A stretch of DNA of 64,000 nucleotides from a virus. The stretch is from positions 32,001 to 96,000 of IMG/VR virus record IMGVR_UViG_3300025543_005580. The stretch is one strand, 5' to 3'. Below, piece by piece: positions 49,155 through 57,803 of the stretch. The position numbers and the translations under genes are program-made. Within the stretch, counting starts at the first letter, position 1. Every line of letters begins with the position of its first letter. A model generated the notes under the pieces. The model made no database searches, was not told the origin of the DNA, and saw nothing but the letters and a program-made list of their open reading frames with translations.

Positions 49155-49735
49155 TATTTACCTATTTTCCAATATAAACGGCCTGTATATATTGGGGTAA
49201 ATTCATTATTTACTCCTATTCCAAAACCGTATGCTTGTCTTTTTTTATTAACAAACAAAATTTCTCCATTTAAATTTTGAATTGCTGTTGGAGAACTACC
49301 TACCGAAATACCCCCGAAAAATTCCCTTTGGTAGATGTAAGAAGTATTAGTAACTGTAATTGTTGGGATGAATATGTTGGGTTGAACATCTCTAAATAAT
49401 ATTGAGTTTTTACTTATAGTGTCATTTATGACAATACTCCCTAATGAATCTAAACTTAAGGTATCCGTGTAGGCGTATGTAGAATAATAATCATTTAAAA
49501 TAAATGCAGTATCAACATTAGCTAAAACAGTATCATGTATAGTAGTAACTTTAGTTCTCCATTTGGGGATATATTGTGTTTTTTCAACAACTACAGTGTC
49601 CCATTTAACTACGGTTTCTGTAATAATTTTAGGTTCAGGAATAGTTTTATTTCCTGAACAACTTCTCATAAGAAGAATTATAACTACTAATACTACTATA
49701 AGTAATGATTGTATATTTTTAAAGAAGTCCTTCAA
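49154..49735 (-). CDS. Membrane-anchored protein, possibly spanin-like
   Basis: N-terminal hydrophobic helix ending MRSC, a DT-rich stalk, and amphipathic C-terminal beta strands ending YWKIGK. Confidence 0.5.
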   Translation of the reverse strand: MKDFFKNIQSLLIVVLVVIILLMRSCSGNKTIPEPKIITETVVKWDTVVVEKTQYIPKWRTKVTTIHDTVLANVDTAFILNDYYSTYAYTDTLSLDSLGSIVINDTISKNSILFRDVQPNIFIPTITVTNTSYIYQREFFGGISVGSSPTAIQNLNGEILFVNKKRQAYGFGIGVNNEFTPIYTGRLYWKIGK

Positions 49736-50081
49736 GTTCTTTTTTAATTTTAGTTAGAGTCTTTAATCGTTTTAAAAGCTCTTCTTTTTCAGCACCTTCA
49801 GCTTTTTTCCATTGATTAACTACCGTTTTCATTTCTTTATCAGTAGCAGATAATTTGGTAGCTATTTTAGCAACTGAGTCACCTTTTTTGATGTCAGCAT
49901 TTGAAGGTTCCATATCATCATCGTCTATATCCTCAGCTAGTCCTGCTTCTTTAGATAATGCAATGGTTTTTTCTAATTCATCATTATATTCTTTTTGGGC
50001 ATCTACATCAGCATCAGAAACCTCAGATAGGATTTCAACTATTTCATTTTTAATGTATTCTTTAAACTCAGACTTTTTCAT
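49719..50081 (-). CDS. Acidic hypothetical protein with an MKKSEFKEYIK...ILSE leader
   Basis: Late motif at 50099-50107; leader resembles an internal segment of the 59360-60676 protein. Confidence 0.65.
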   Translation of the reverse strand: MKKSEFKEYIKNEIVEILSEVSDADVDAQKEYNDELEKTIALSKEAGLAEDIDDDDMEPSNADIKKGDSVAKIATKLSATDKEMKTVVNQWKKAEGAEKEELLKRLKTLTKIKKELEGLL

Positions 50082-50108
50082 TATTTATATATTTTCGTTA
50101 TAAATATG

Positions 50109-50639
50109 TTAAAGATTCATATAGTTTACCATTTGATATATTCTATCCTCTGTACTACCTTCTAATGTATGTAATTTTTTGATTCTATGATTATATTTAT
50201 TTGTTAATTTAACAATCATATTATCAATTATATTTCTATATTGAGCATCTGTTTCACGAACGCCATTATCTTCAATTTCTACACCTTCAGGAGATACATA
50301 AAAGATATAGTCATACTCTCTAATTAGGTGAGATGCTAATGTTTCAAAATCTTCTTTATCATAAATGTCCATTGAAGTAGAACAATTAGCAAACGCCATA
50401 ACATCAATTACAGTACGATCTGTAATAATATTTTCTACCATTAACTCACTTGATCGTTCAGCTAAAAATACACATTGACCTTTTAATGTTGAATCAGTAT
50501 TCATTGGAATGCCTTGTACCATTAATTCCTTAGAACGTTCAGTTCTAAAGTTATAACCTTTAAAATAATCTAGCTCTTTAAGAGCATTAACTAATGTAGT
50601 TTTACCTACACTCATTGTACCACATAATCCTATTTTCAT
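50109..50639 (-). CDS. P-loop nucleotide kinase-like protein (AAA_28/NadR-like)
   Basis: GTMSVGKTT, ITDRTVID, EDNGVR motifs. Confidence 0.8.
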   Translation of the reverse strand: MKIGLCGTMSVGKTTLVNALKELDYFKGYNFRTERSKELMVQGIPMNTDSTLKGQCVFLAERSSELMVENIITDRTVIDVMAFANCSTSMDIYDKEDFETLASHLIREYDYIFYVSPEGVEIEDNGVRETDAQYRNIIDNMIVKLTNKYNHRIKKLHTLEGSTEDRIYQMVNYMNL

Positions 50640-51031
50640 ACGTCTTTATTATCTAACCATTTTCTATATACTCTATAACTATCACTATCAAAGTGTTCTG
50701 TACTAACCTCAAACAATGTTCCATCAGTTAACGCTTTAACTTGATGTGGTTGTCCAGGATATTGTCTTACACTATCACCTTCAATTAAATGTTGCTCGTG
50801 AACTTCACCTGTTTCAGTATCAACCCAACGATATAAAAATTCGCCTTCTTGTACATACCAAGTTTCATCCTTAATCAAATGATAATGCATGCTAAAGTTA
50901 CAACCTTTTTTGAACACTAACAACTTACCACAGTAAAGCTCGTTATTTTCAAATATAATTTCATGTCCCCAACCTTTAGGAACATTACATTCTTTACATT
51001 CTTTAGCGTTAAATACTATTGGTTTTTCCAT
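50636..51031 (-). CDS. Cupin (sugar isomerase-like)
   Basis: KGWGHE, SMHYHLIKDETWYV, PGQPH, EVST motifs. Confidence 0.8.
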   Translation of the reverse strand: MEKPIVFNAKECKECNVPKGWGHEIIFENNELYCGKLLVFKKGCNFSMHYHLIKDETWYVQEGEFLYRWVDTETGEVHEQHLIEGDSVRQYPGQPHQVKALTDGTLFEVSTEHFDSDSYRVYRKWLDNKDV

Positions 51032-51032
51032 A

Positions 51033-51299
51033 TTATAATCTTGAAGTACCTCTCATTGATGGGTTTTTATACCAAGGTAAACCTTCTCTTTCTTTCATTA
51101 ATTCATTATAATCATCATAATTAAATGGTATACCATGAAGGTAATATGATTTTTCAAATTCAGAATCTTTATTAAATGGGACAATTGCTGGACCATCCCA
51201 TCTGTGATGTTTCCATATATTTTTATTTTCTATTCTAATTAAATAATGTTTTGCTCCCTTAAAACTGATTGTTTTGTATTCATATAATTTTTCACTCAT
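51033..51299 (-). CDS. Hypothetical protein with an HRxDGPA motif
   Basis: HRWDGPA...YYLHG. Confidence 0.65.
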   Translation of the reverse strand: MSEKLYEYKTISFKGAKHYLIRIENKNIWKHHRWDGPAIVPFNKDSEFEKSYYLHGIPFNYDDYNELMKEREGLPWYKNPSMRGTSRL

Positions 51300-51310
51300 A
51301 ATTCTTTTTA

Positions 51311-52693
51311 TTAAAATGTAATATTATCTCCTTGATGATTATCCCATTCGCAAATATACGAACCATTTTCTACTTTACAAAATCGCTCTAAAATATCTTC
51401 AGCAACATATGTTCCTTGTGCTCCTGAAACTGTAATACCACGAGCTGAGAGTGCATCACCTACAAAGTGAACATTATCAAAATCAGCCAATGCCAGATTT
51501 TTATAATCTACAAGTGGCTCAGGTGATAGATATTTTACTTCAGGAATATAAACACCCCAATCATCTCCAAGTGTTGGAAATACTTTTTTCATATCATCAA
51601 TAAAGTCATCAATGTATTTATAGTAACCTTGAAATGCTTCTCTTACTGCATCCATTTTATCAATTGAAATAGCACTTACTATATCACCTTCTGATGTTGT
51701 AGATGGTGTACGAGTTGGACTATAATATAAACCAGTACCTTCTTTATTTACTTTAGATACTAATTCTCTAGACCAAGCAAATGGTTCTTCAATTCCTGGT
51801 ATTTCCATTAGGATACCAAAATTGGTCATATTATTTCTAAACGCTTCATCTTTTTTAGCGTGTCCGTTGTAGCTGTGATCTCCATACGTTTCTTCAACGG
51901 CAACATATGCTGCATTGTTGTTTGTACAGAAAGAACGTAGTGATACTCCTTCATCAAATTTTCTATATAATTTAAAATCATAACTAATATCAATTAGTTT
52001 CTGGAAGTGTTTTTGTGGTGCCTCAAATCGCACCCCAATTTGTACTGGTTTTGGTTCAGTAGGTAGTTCATAATCGTCTGCTAATTGTTTACCAAAATCA
52101 ATACCTGATTTGCCAACAGCAAACATTAGGCGATCATAGCTAATAGGCCAATTTTTAGGATTAATAAATGTTTCTTCTTCTCCTATAAATAATTCTTGAG
52201 AATTAAAATCAATTGAAGTTACTTTAGTCTCCCAAATAAATTTAACACCTTTAGACACTAGATAATCATACCAATTTTTACCAATCTCGTGTAGATAATC
52301 TGTACCAACGTGCCATACAGGAAATAATCTTAAACCGAAATATGGTTTAATAAAATCTGGTTCCGCTACTGGGTTTGAACATTGTACTTCTTCTGGTTTA
52401 GGATGGAAACGTTTGAAATTGGTAATTACCTGATCAAACAATTCCATTGCTTTATCTTCCCCACAATACTTAGACATATGACCTCCAATTGCTGTGTGAT
52501 AAGTTAATTTACCATCACTCCAACCACCAGCACCTAAAAATCCTTCCATCACTTCAGAATATTTTCGGTTATATGGATCTTTACCCATATCGATGATAGT
52601 AATATTATCACCAGGATAACCATTATCTACCAATTTTGTAGCAGCATTAACACCTGCTACACCTGCTCCTACGATTACTAATTTTTCTACCAT
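51311..52693 (-). CDS. FAD-dependent oxidoreductase
   Basis: IVGAGVAG, GAGGWSDGKL, IGVRFE, RSFCTN, FVGD motifs. Confidence 0.85.
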   Translation of the reverse strand: MVEKLVIVGAGVAGVNAATKLVDNGYPGDNITIIDMGKDPYNRKYSEVMEGFLGAGGWSDGKLTYHTAIGGHMSKYCGEDKAMELFDQVITNFKRFHPKPEEVQCSNPVAEPDFIKPYFGLRLFPVWHVGTDYLHEIGKNWYDYLVSKGVKFIWETKVTSIDFNSQELFIGEEETFINPKNWPISYDRLMFAVGKSGIDFGKQLADDYELPTEPKPVQIGVRFEAPQKHFQKLIDISYDFKLYRKFDEGVSLRSFCTNNNAAYVAVEETYGDHSYNGHAKKDEAFRNNMTNFGILMEIPGIEEPFAWSRELVSKVNKEGTGLYYSPTRTPSTTSEGDIVSAISIDKMDAVREAFQGYYKYIDDFIDDMKKVFPTLGDDWGVYIPEVKYLSPEPLVDYKNLALADFDNVHFVGDALSARGITVSGAQGTYVAEDILERFCKVENGSYICEWDNHQGDNITF

Positions 52694-52726
52694 TATATAG
52701 TTATTGCCTTTATTTTTAACTCATTG

Positions 52727-52755
52727 AATATACAAACAAAAAGTGGCGCCTCCAA
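52727..52755 (-). promoter_or_regulatory. Sigma70-like promoter (TTGGAG-N17-TATATT) overlapping a terminator
   Basis: Matches the 11424-11452 architecture. Confidence 0.5.
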
Positions 52756-52767
52756 AGGAGACGCCAC
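52738..52767 (-). terminator. Rho-independent terminator
   Basis: GTGGCGTCTCC-TTT-GGAGGCGCCAC followed by TTTTTG. Confidence 0.8.
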
Positions 52768-52827
52768 AGATGTCATTTTTTTTTACTTTAAATCGACTGG
52801 CTATGAATCAGTCTATAATATGATTAA

Positions 52828-53475
52828 TTATACACCTAATGCGGTCATCATCGCGCCATCTTGAGTTGTAGGATCTTCATAAGTAACCAAACATCCTTTA
52901 GCATATATACCTGTTGAACCTTCAATATCTTCAATTTCAGTTCCATTTAAGTTATATGGACCTTGTTGACCTATTAAACTTGGGAGTCTTTTTGTTAAAT
53001 CTAAAAGAGTAGTAAGATTATTACCAGTTTCAGGTTGCCCAGGTAGATCTGTAACCCATTCAACAGAGAATACCATTACGTTTTTATCTTCAGAACCAAC
53101 ATAAATACACCATCTAGAATCACCTCCTAAAATTGGGGTTCCATTAATTGTAGATATTGCGGTCTGGATTAAACCATCAGAAGCGATTAGATTTGCACCT
53201 CTTCTACACTCATAACCTATATTTAGATTATCTGCGCCTGTTAATTGGCTTTCACGTATTGCAAAAGTACCTACTTCTGCGGCAGGTATTCTTCCCCCGT
53301 TAACAGATCCGTTAAAAAATCCACCTATATTGTAGATACTTCTAATATCTTGGGCGATAGGGATACGAGCAGCAATATCACCTTGTTGCGCTACAGAAAT
53401 TCCTGTTAGGAATGAGTTTGGACAAGCCACATATCTAATGTTATCTTGTGGGCTTTGTGTTAAAATAATTGGCAT
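52828..53475 (-). CDS. Hypothetical protein in a monocistronic late unit
   Basis: 215 aa, flanked by a late motif (53507-53514) and a terminator. Confidence 0.65.
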   Translation of the reverse strand: MPIILTQSPQDNIRYVACPNSFLTGISVAQQGDIAARIPIAQDIRSIYNIGGFFNGSVNGGRIPAAEVGTFAIRESQLTGADNLNIGYECRRGANLIASDGLIQTAISTINGTPILGGDSRWCIYVGSEDKNVMVFSVEWVTDLPGQPETGNNLTTLLDLTKRLPSLIGQQGPYNLNGTEIEDIEGSTGIYAKGCLVTYEDPTTQDGAMMTALGV

Positions 53476-53524
53476 TTTTATTTGGTTTTAAGTTATGTTG
53501 TTGATAATACATATATGGAAAAAT

Positions 53525-53827
53525 TTACTCTTTCCAAATTTTTATTATTAATTTTCCTTCTCCTTTTATAACACGATGCCATTCGTGTTTTGGAATAAAT
53601 ATAGGCACATTCATTGAAGTTGGTAATTGGTCTTCTAACTGTATTTGCCAATCTGTTTTACCTATAATCTCAATTGTTCTATCTTCATCATCACGATGCC
53701 ACATAAGTTCAATTGGGTCTATATTTTCACTAAATTCCCTAATTGTATATTTGTTGTTGATTTCTATATCAACATAAGGTCTACCAGAAACCTCCGAAAT
53801 TTGATTTGAGTCCGAGTAATTTTGCAT
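53525..53827 (-). CDS. Small cupin-like protein (start uncertain)
   Basis: WHRDDEDR and IPKHEWHRVIKG motifs. The nearest ATG (53827) overlaps the upstream gene. Confidence 0.6.
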   Translation of the reverse strand: MQNYSDSNQISEVSGRPYVDIEINNKYTIREFSENIDPIELMWHRDDEDRTIEIIGKTDWQIQLEDQLPTSMNVPIFIPKHEWHRVIKGEGKLIIKIWKE

Positions 53828-54608
53828 AACGTGGTAAGCGACAAGACCAATATCCTGCCTTTGTTTTATCCTTTTTAGTTGAACATTTATGACGTGCCGC
53901 AAATGCATTACGTGCTTTTTTATCGTTGATTTTAGCTCTTAAACCACCTGAACCGAAACGTACTGTTTTAATTTTCTTGGTTTTAGGATCTTTAACATAA
54001 ACCTTATATGCTTTACCTCCTGAAGAGTCACGCATTGGTTTATTTAATTTTTTATTGTCGTTTTTGGCTTCTTTAAGTACAAACTTATCCACCCAAACAT
54101 CGTGGGTTAATCTATATAATACTTTGTCTGGTATTCTATCTGTGTATATTTTTATTACACCTTCAGTACCACTATGTCTAGTATGATTGATATTCATATC
54201 TTGCAATTTATCAATCATAAGGTCATAATTTTCAGGTCTAACTTTTAATAGAGCATATTTTCTATCATCTTCTCCACCTTCTTCATATGTTCCTTCGTCT
54301 AACATAGGAAAATCTAATGGTACTTTTTTACCTTCAAACATGCCATAATGACCTAAATCTGTTTCTGTTAGAACAGCTAAATCATCTTCATGAGTAATCT
54401 CTAAAATATTACGAGAATATAAAGAACGAGCTTCAGCCCATAAGTTAAAGTAACTATCCGAACCAGCACGATATAAGTGTTCTGTTAGCGGTTTATTAGC
54501 GTCCATATGGTATTTTAAACCTTCAGACAATATAGCACGTGGAGCTAAACTTTCGTTGAGCATTAACGTTGATTTTGTATCGCAAGTATTACATCCGCAG
54601 TCGCACAT
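53781..54608 (-). CDS. Modular protein with a basic C-terminal domain
   Basis: Cys-rich start, LNE/LSE/LDE/LKE junctions, and KVYVK..KTVRFG...FAARHKC...AGYWSC domain recalled from large DNA viruses. Confidence 0.65.
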   Translation of the reverse strand: MCDCGCNTCDTKSTLMLNESLAPRAILSEGLKYHMDANKPLTEHLYRAGSDSYFNLWAEARSLYSRNILEITHEDDLAVLTETDLGHYGMFEGKKVPLDFPMLDEGTYEEGGEDDRKYALLKVRPENYDLMIDKLQDMNINHTRHSGTEGVIKIYTDRIPDKVLYRLTHDVWVDKFVLKEAKNDNKKLNKPMRDSSGGKAYKVYVKDPKTKKIKTVRFGSGGLRAKINDKKARNAFAARHKCSTKKDKTKAGYWSCRLPRYAKLLGLKSNFGGFW

Positions 54609-54624
54609 ATTATTTTGTTTTATT

Positions 54625-55812
54625 TTATTTTATACCAGAATATTGGAATTTTAACATCCCCATTTGACCTAACCTACCCACATTACTAGGTGGTCTGTCA
54701 GGTTTAATACTTTTATCACTTCTGATAGTCATTTTTAATTTTAATTCTTCACCAGTAGCACCTTCAATTATTATATAAAATCCTTGAACTGAAGAATCAT
54801 CCATAACAGCTTTAAAGGATTTAATTGATCCTAAGGTAGAGGCTAGTATGTCTGATTTTTGAGATGCACTATTTCCTACTGCTTTTACAAGTATTAAAGG
54901 TATTTCTTGTTCTTTTTGAAGGTTAAAACTATTAAACACCCACCCTTTAAATTCTTCTAAACTTAATGAATTAATAGCATCAATGACTACTTCTCTATTT
55001 ACATTAAGCATCTCTCTATAAAGATCATTTGCTTCAATTTCATCTTCTAAATAAAATTGAACATATAAATCTACTACAGCTCTTTTATATGTTTTTGTAA
55101 AATAGTTTGAGGCGTTAACACCTTCTATATTTTTTATTCCTGGTATTTTGCTATAAACTCTATCCCACATTTCTTGGTATAGGGCAGGTAAAAAATCCTC
55201 TTTACCCATAGCATTTAATTGAGTAGTAACAAAGGAATTAAGTAAAGGTTCTGATGATTTTTCAGTTCCCGCTTTTAATGACACCCCTACAATTGATCCA
55301 TCTTTAAAAAAGATAAATATGTCTCCAGCATGTCCGCTAGGTACTCCTTCTGGTTTTGCTCTATAACCCCAAACAACATAATCTATGGGATTTTTACTAT
55401 TTAAATCATAAAGCCAATTAGTTATCCCTATAGCATTTTGAAATTTTTCATCTAACATTTTGGGAGATAATACCTCTTCCATTGTATCAAAAATATTCTT
55501 TGCGGATTGTCTATCACCTGAATTAACAAAAGCTTTACTATTAAGGGAATGGTTTTTTACAAAGTCTTTAAAATCTTCTACTGAGGATGGTTTGTACCCG
55601 TCATTAAAGGCTAATGCTGGGGGTAGTTCTGTTATAGCTGCTGATAAAGTAGTATCAACTCTACCCTCATTTTCTTCTAAGCTAAATTTTTCACCTAAAA
55701 ATTCACTTAATAATGTCTCCAATAACAAAACATCCTGATCATTATTCATGTCAGGATATCCTTTAGGAAATTTATATGCAATCCTATTTAAATATTTTGT
55801 AATATTATCCAA
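54625..55812 (-). CDS. PD-(D/E)xK-like (restriction endonuclease-like) protein with an N-terminal leader module
   Basis: TE in an early helix; GDIFIFFKDGSIVGVSLK; leader YKFPKGYPD...SLEE. Confidence 0.55.
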   Translation of the reverse strand: MDNITKYLNRIAYKFPKGYPDMNNDQDVLLLETLLSEFLGEKFSLEENEGRVDTTLSAAITELPPALAFNDGYKPSSVEDFKDFVKNHSLNSKAFVNSGDRQSAKNIFDTMEEVLSPKMLDEKFQNAIGITNWLYDLNSKNPIDYVVWGYRAKPEGVPSGHAGDIFIFFKDGSIVGVSLKAGTEKSSEPLLNSFVTTQLNAMGKEDFLPALYQEMWDRVYSKIPGIKNIEGVNASNYFTKTYKRAVVDLYVQFYLEDEIEANDLYREMLNVNREVVIDAINSLSLEEFKGWVFNSFNLQKEQEIPLILVKAVGNSASQKSDILASTLGSIKSFKAVMDDSSVQGFYIIIEGATGEELKLKMTIRSDKSIKPDRPPSNVGRLGQMGMLKFQYSGIK

Positions 55813-55819
55813 TTTTATT

Positions 55820-56113
55820 TTATTTTACTATTACTTTAAATAAACCTGGGTGTTCTTTTTCGAAATATTTAGCTTGATTATAGCTACGACCAAAAACAAA
55901 TTCATCTAATTCATCTGCATCAGTATATGTCGTAACATCTACTTCACCATCTTCTATTTCATCTTCAGTACCAAATTCATATGGAGAATCTGCTAATTCA
56001 CCTGACTCAACGTCAAAAGCTATTTCTGGGGTTAGAAGTTCAATGTGGTAATCCACTTCTTCTTCAAATAAGCGGCCTTCAGCTAAATATTTTTTTAAAT
56101 TGAAATTGTTCAT
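55820..56113 (-). CDS. Putative internal head protein, KYLAEG leader family
   Basis: Starts MNNFNLKKYLAEGRLFEE. Confidence 0.7.
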   Translation of the reverse strand: MNNFNLKKYLAEGRLFEEEVDYHIELLTPEIAFDVESGELADSPYEFGTEDEIEDGEVDVTTYTDADELDEFVFGRSYNQAKYFEKEHPGLFKVIVK

Positions 56114-56141
56114 TGTTTTATTTTTTTATTTTAATTTTATT

Positions 56142-56672
56142 TTAGATGATATAATACAAATCGTCTTTTAACATTTTCCTCATTTCATCTTTACTGAATT
56201 GAGGGATTGGTTTTCCATTAGCATCCATTTTAAATGCAGGAAGGAATTCTCTTCCATCTTCATCAGATAATTGTGGTATAGCATAAATTTCAATATCACC
56301 ATTACTATGGATTTCTACATACCCCTCATCTCCAACAGCATACATACCAGGTTTAACCATTTGAGCTACCATATCAAAATCGTAGGGATAATCATTTTCT
56401 TCAGCAAATTCTTTTTCGTATACATTAGAATTAAAGCTAAAATTATTATAAAATTTATTAAATTCTTCTTCGTTCCAAGGGCCTGATTGGTTATAGCCAT
56501 ATATATCATCATTTACTCCATCATAATATCCTGCACCACCTGAACCTACTCCCCCTAAAAGACCATCATCAAATCTAAATCCTGCTTTTACGAGTACATC
56601 TTCAATGTCTCTTAGTTCTTCTTTTAATAAGCGACCTTCGGCTAAATATTTTTTTAAATCAAAGTTATCCAT
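56142..56672 (-). CDS. Putative internal head protein, KYLAEG leader family
   Basis: Starts MDNFDLKKYLAEGRLLKE. Confidence 0.7.
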   Translation of the reverse strand: MDNFDLKKYLAEGRLLKEELRDIEDVLVKAGFRFDDGLLGGVGSGGAGYYDGVNDDIYGYNQSGPWNEEEFNKFYNNFSFNSNVYEKEFAEENDYPYDFDMVAQMVKPGMYAVGDEGYVEIHSNGDIEIYAIPQLSDEDGREFLPAFKMDANGKPIPQFSKDEMRKMLKDDLYYII

Positions 56673-56704
56673 TTTATTTTTATTTTATTTCCTTTTATTT
56701 TATT

Positions 56705-57262
56705 TTATTCGCTTGCTAAATCCATAGCATATTGTTCAACTTCATCGGCATCATACCCAAAATCTTCAACATCTTCTATAAATTCTGCTTTACCATTAGT
56801 AAGTATATTAGCTAATACAGTACCTGCTTCTCCTAAAGCATACTCAAAATCTTCCATTTTACTAAGATCCATTATAGCAGATTTAAAACTTTTTTTCTGT
56901 ATGGGGGTAAGAAAAATTGGTTTTGATTCTTCTTTTTGTTTTTGAATTGGTTGAGATGGTTGAGATGGTGGAGTAAGTTTTTGTAAATTTAAATCGTTAT
57001 CCCAAGTTAATTCATAATCCATTAATTTTCCTGTATTAGTTTCCGCTGTAACATTAGCCTGAATTGCTTTATGCTGTATCTTGTTGTTTTTGGAAGATGT
57101 AACCCTAATAGATTGTATAGGATCTAATCCGTTTTGTTCATTATATGTTGATATTATTGGGAATGCCATTTTTTCAATTTCCTCCATACCAACATTCACA
57201 AAGTTTTCTTCTTCAAATAAGCGACCTTCAGCTAAATATTTTTTTAAATCAAAGTTGTTCAT
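56705..57262 (-). CDS. Putative internal head protein, KYLAEG leader family
   Basis: Starts MNNFDLKKYLAEGRLFEE. Confidence 0.7.
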   Translation of the reverse strand: MNNFDLKKYLAEGRLFEEENFVNVGMEEIEKMAFPIISTYNEQNGLDPIQSIRVTSSKNNKIQHKAIQANVTAETNTGKLMDYELTWDNDLNLQKLTPPSQPSQPIQKQKEESKPIFLTPIQKKSFKSAIMDLSKMEDFEYALGEAGTVLANILTNGKAEFIEDVEDFGYDADEVEQYAMDLASE

Positions 57263-57281
57263 TTTATTTTATTATTTTATT

Positions 57282-57803
57282 TTATACTTCTATATCTGTT
57301 GTATCGTCAACTTCTACATCTATTTCTTCAGTATCACTACCTTCTCCTGGTGATGAGGTTGTTGATGCGGTATCTGATGCTTCTAAAGCTGCTTCATCTC
57401 CCATTTCAGCATCGCTGTTACCATAAGATAACATACGAGCTATAGCTTCAATAGCTCTTTCTTCCTCATTTAAATTAAGTAAATAATATTTTTTACCTTC
57501 AATTTTAGCAATCCAACTACGAACTGCCCAAATTAAATAAAATACTTCATCATTTGCTAGTACAATTCTAAATGTAGTAGGTTTTGGAGCTACCCATTGG
57601 ATATCTTTAACGAATGTTTCAAATTGATCCGTTAGCATATCAACTAATATTCTCTTTAGTTCTGGGAATTTTAAGAGCATTGGAAATTTTTCAATTTCTA
57701 AATCTATAGTGGAATTACCCCCATCCAAATCAACGAATGATCCTGGTTTGTATACTTGGCTTACAAGTCCTTTGATTTTATCTCTTAATTCTGATTTAGT
57801 CAT
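57282..57803 (-). CDS. Hypothetical protein with an MTKSELRDKIK leader and acidic tail
   Basis: 173-aa ORF, translationally coupled to the upstream gene. Confidence 0.65.
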   Translation of the reverse strand: MTKSELRDKIKGLVSQVYKPGSFVDLDGGNSTIDLEIEKFPMLLKFPELKRILVDMLTDQFETFVKDIQWVAPKPTTFRIVLANDEVFYLIWAVRSWIAKIEGKKYYLLNLNEEERAIEAIARMLSYGNSDAEMGDEAALEASDTASTTSSPGEGSDTEEIDVEVDDTTDIEV

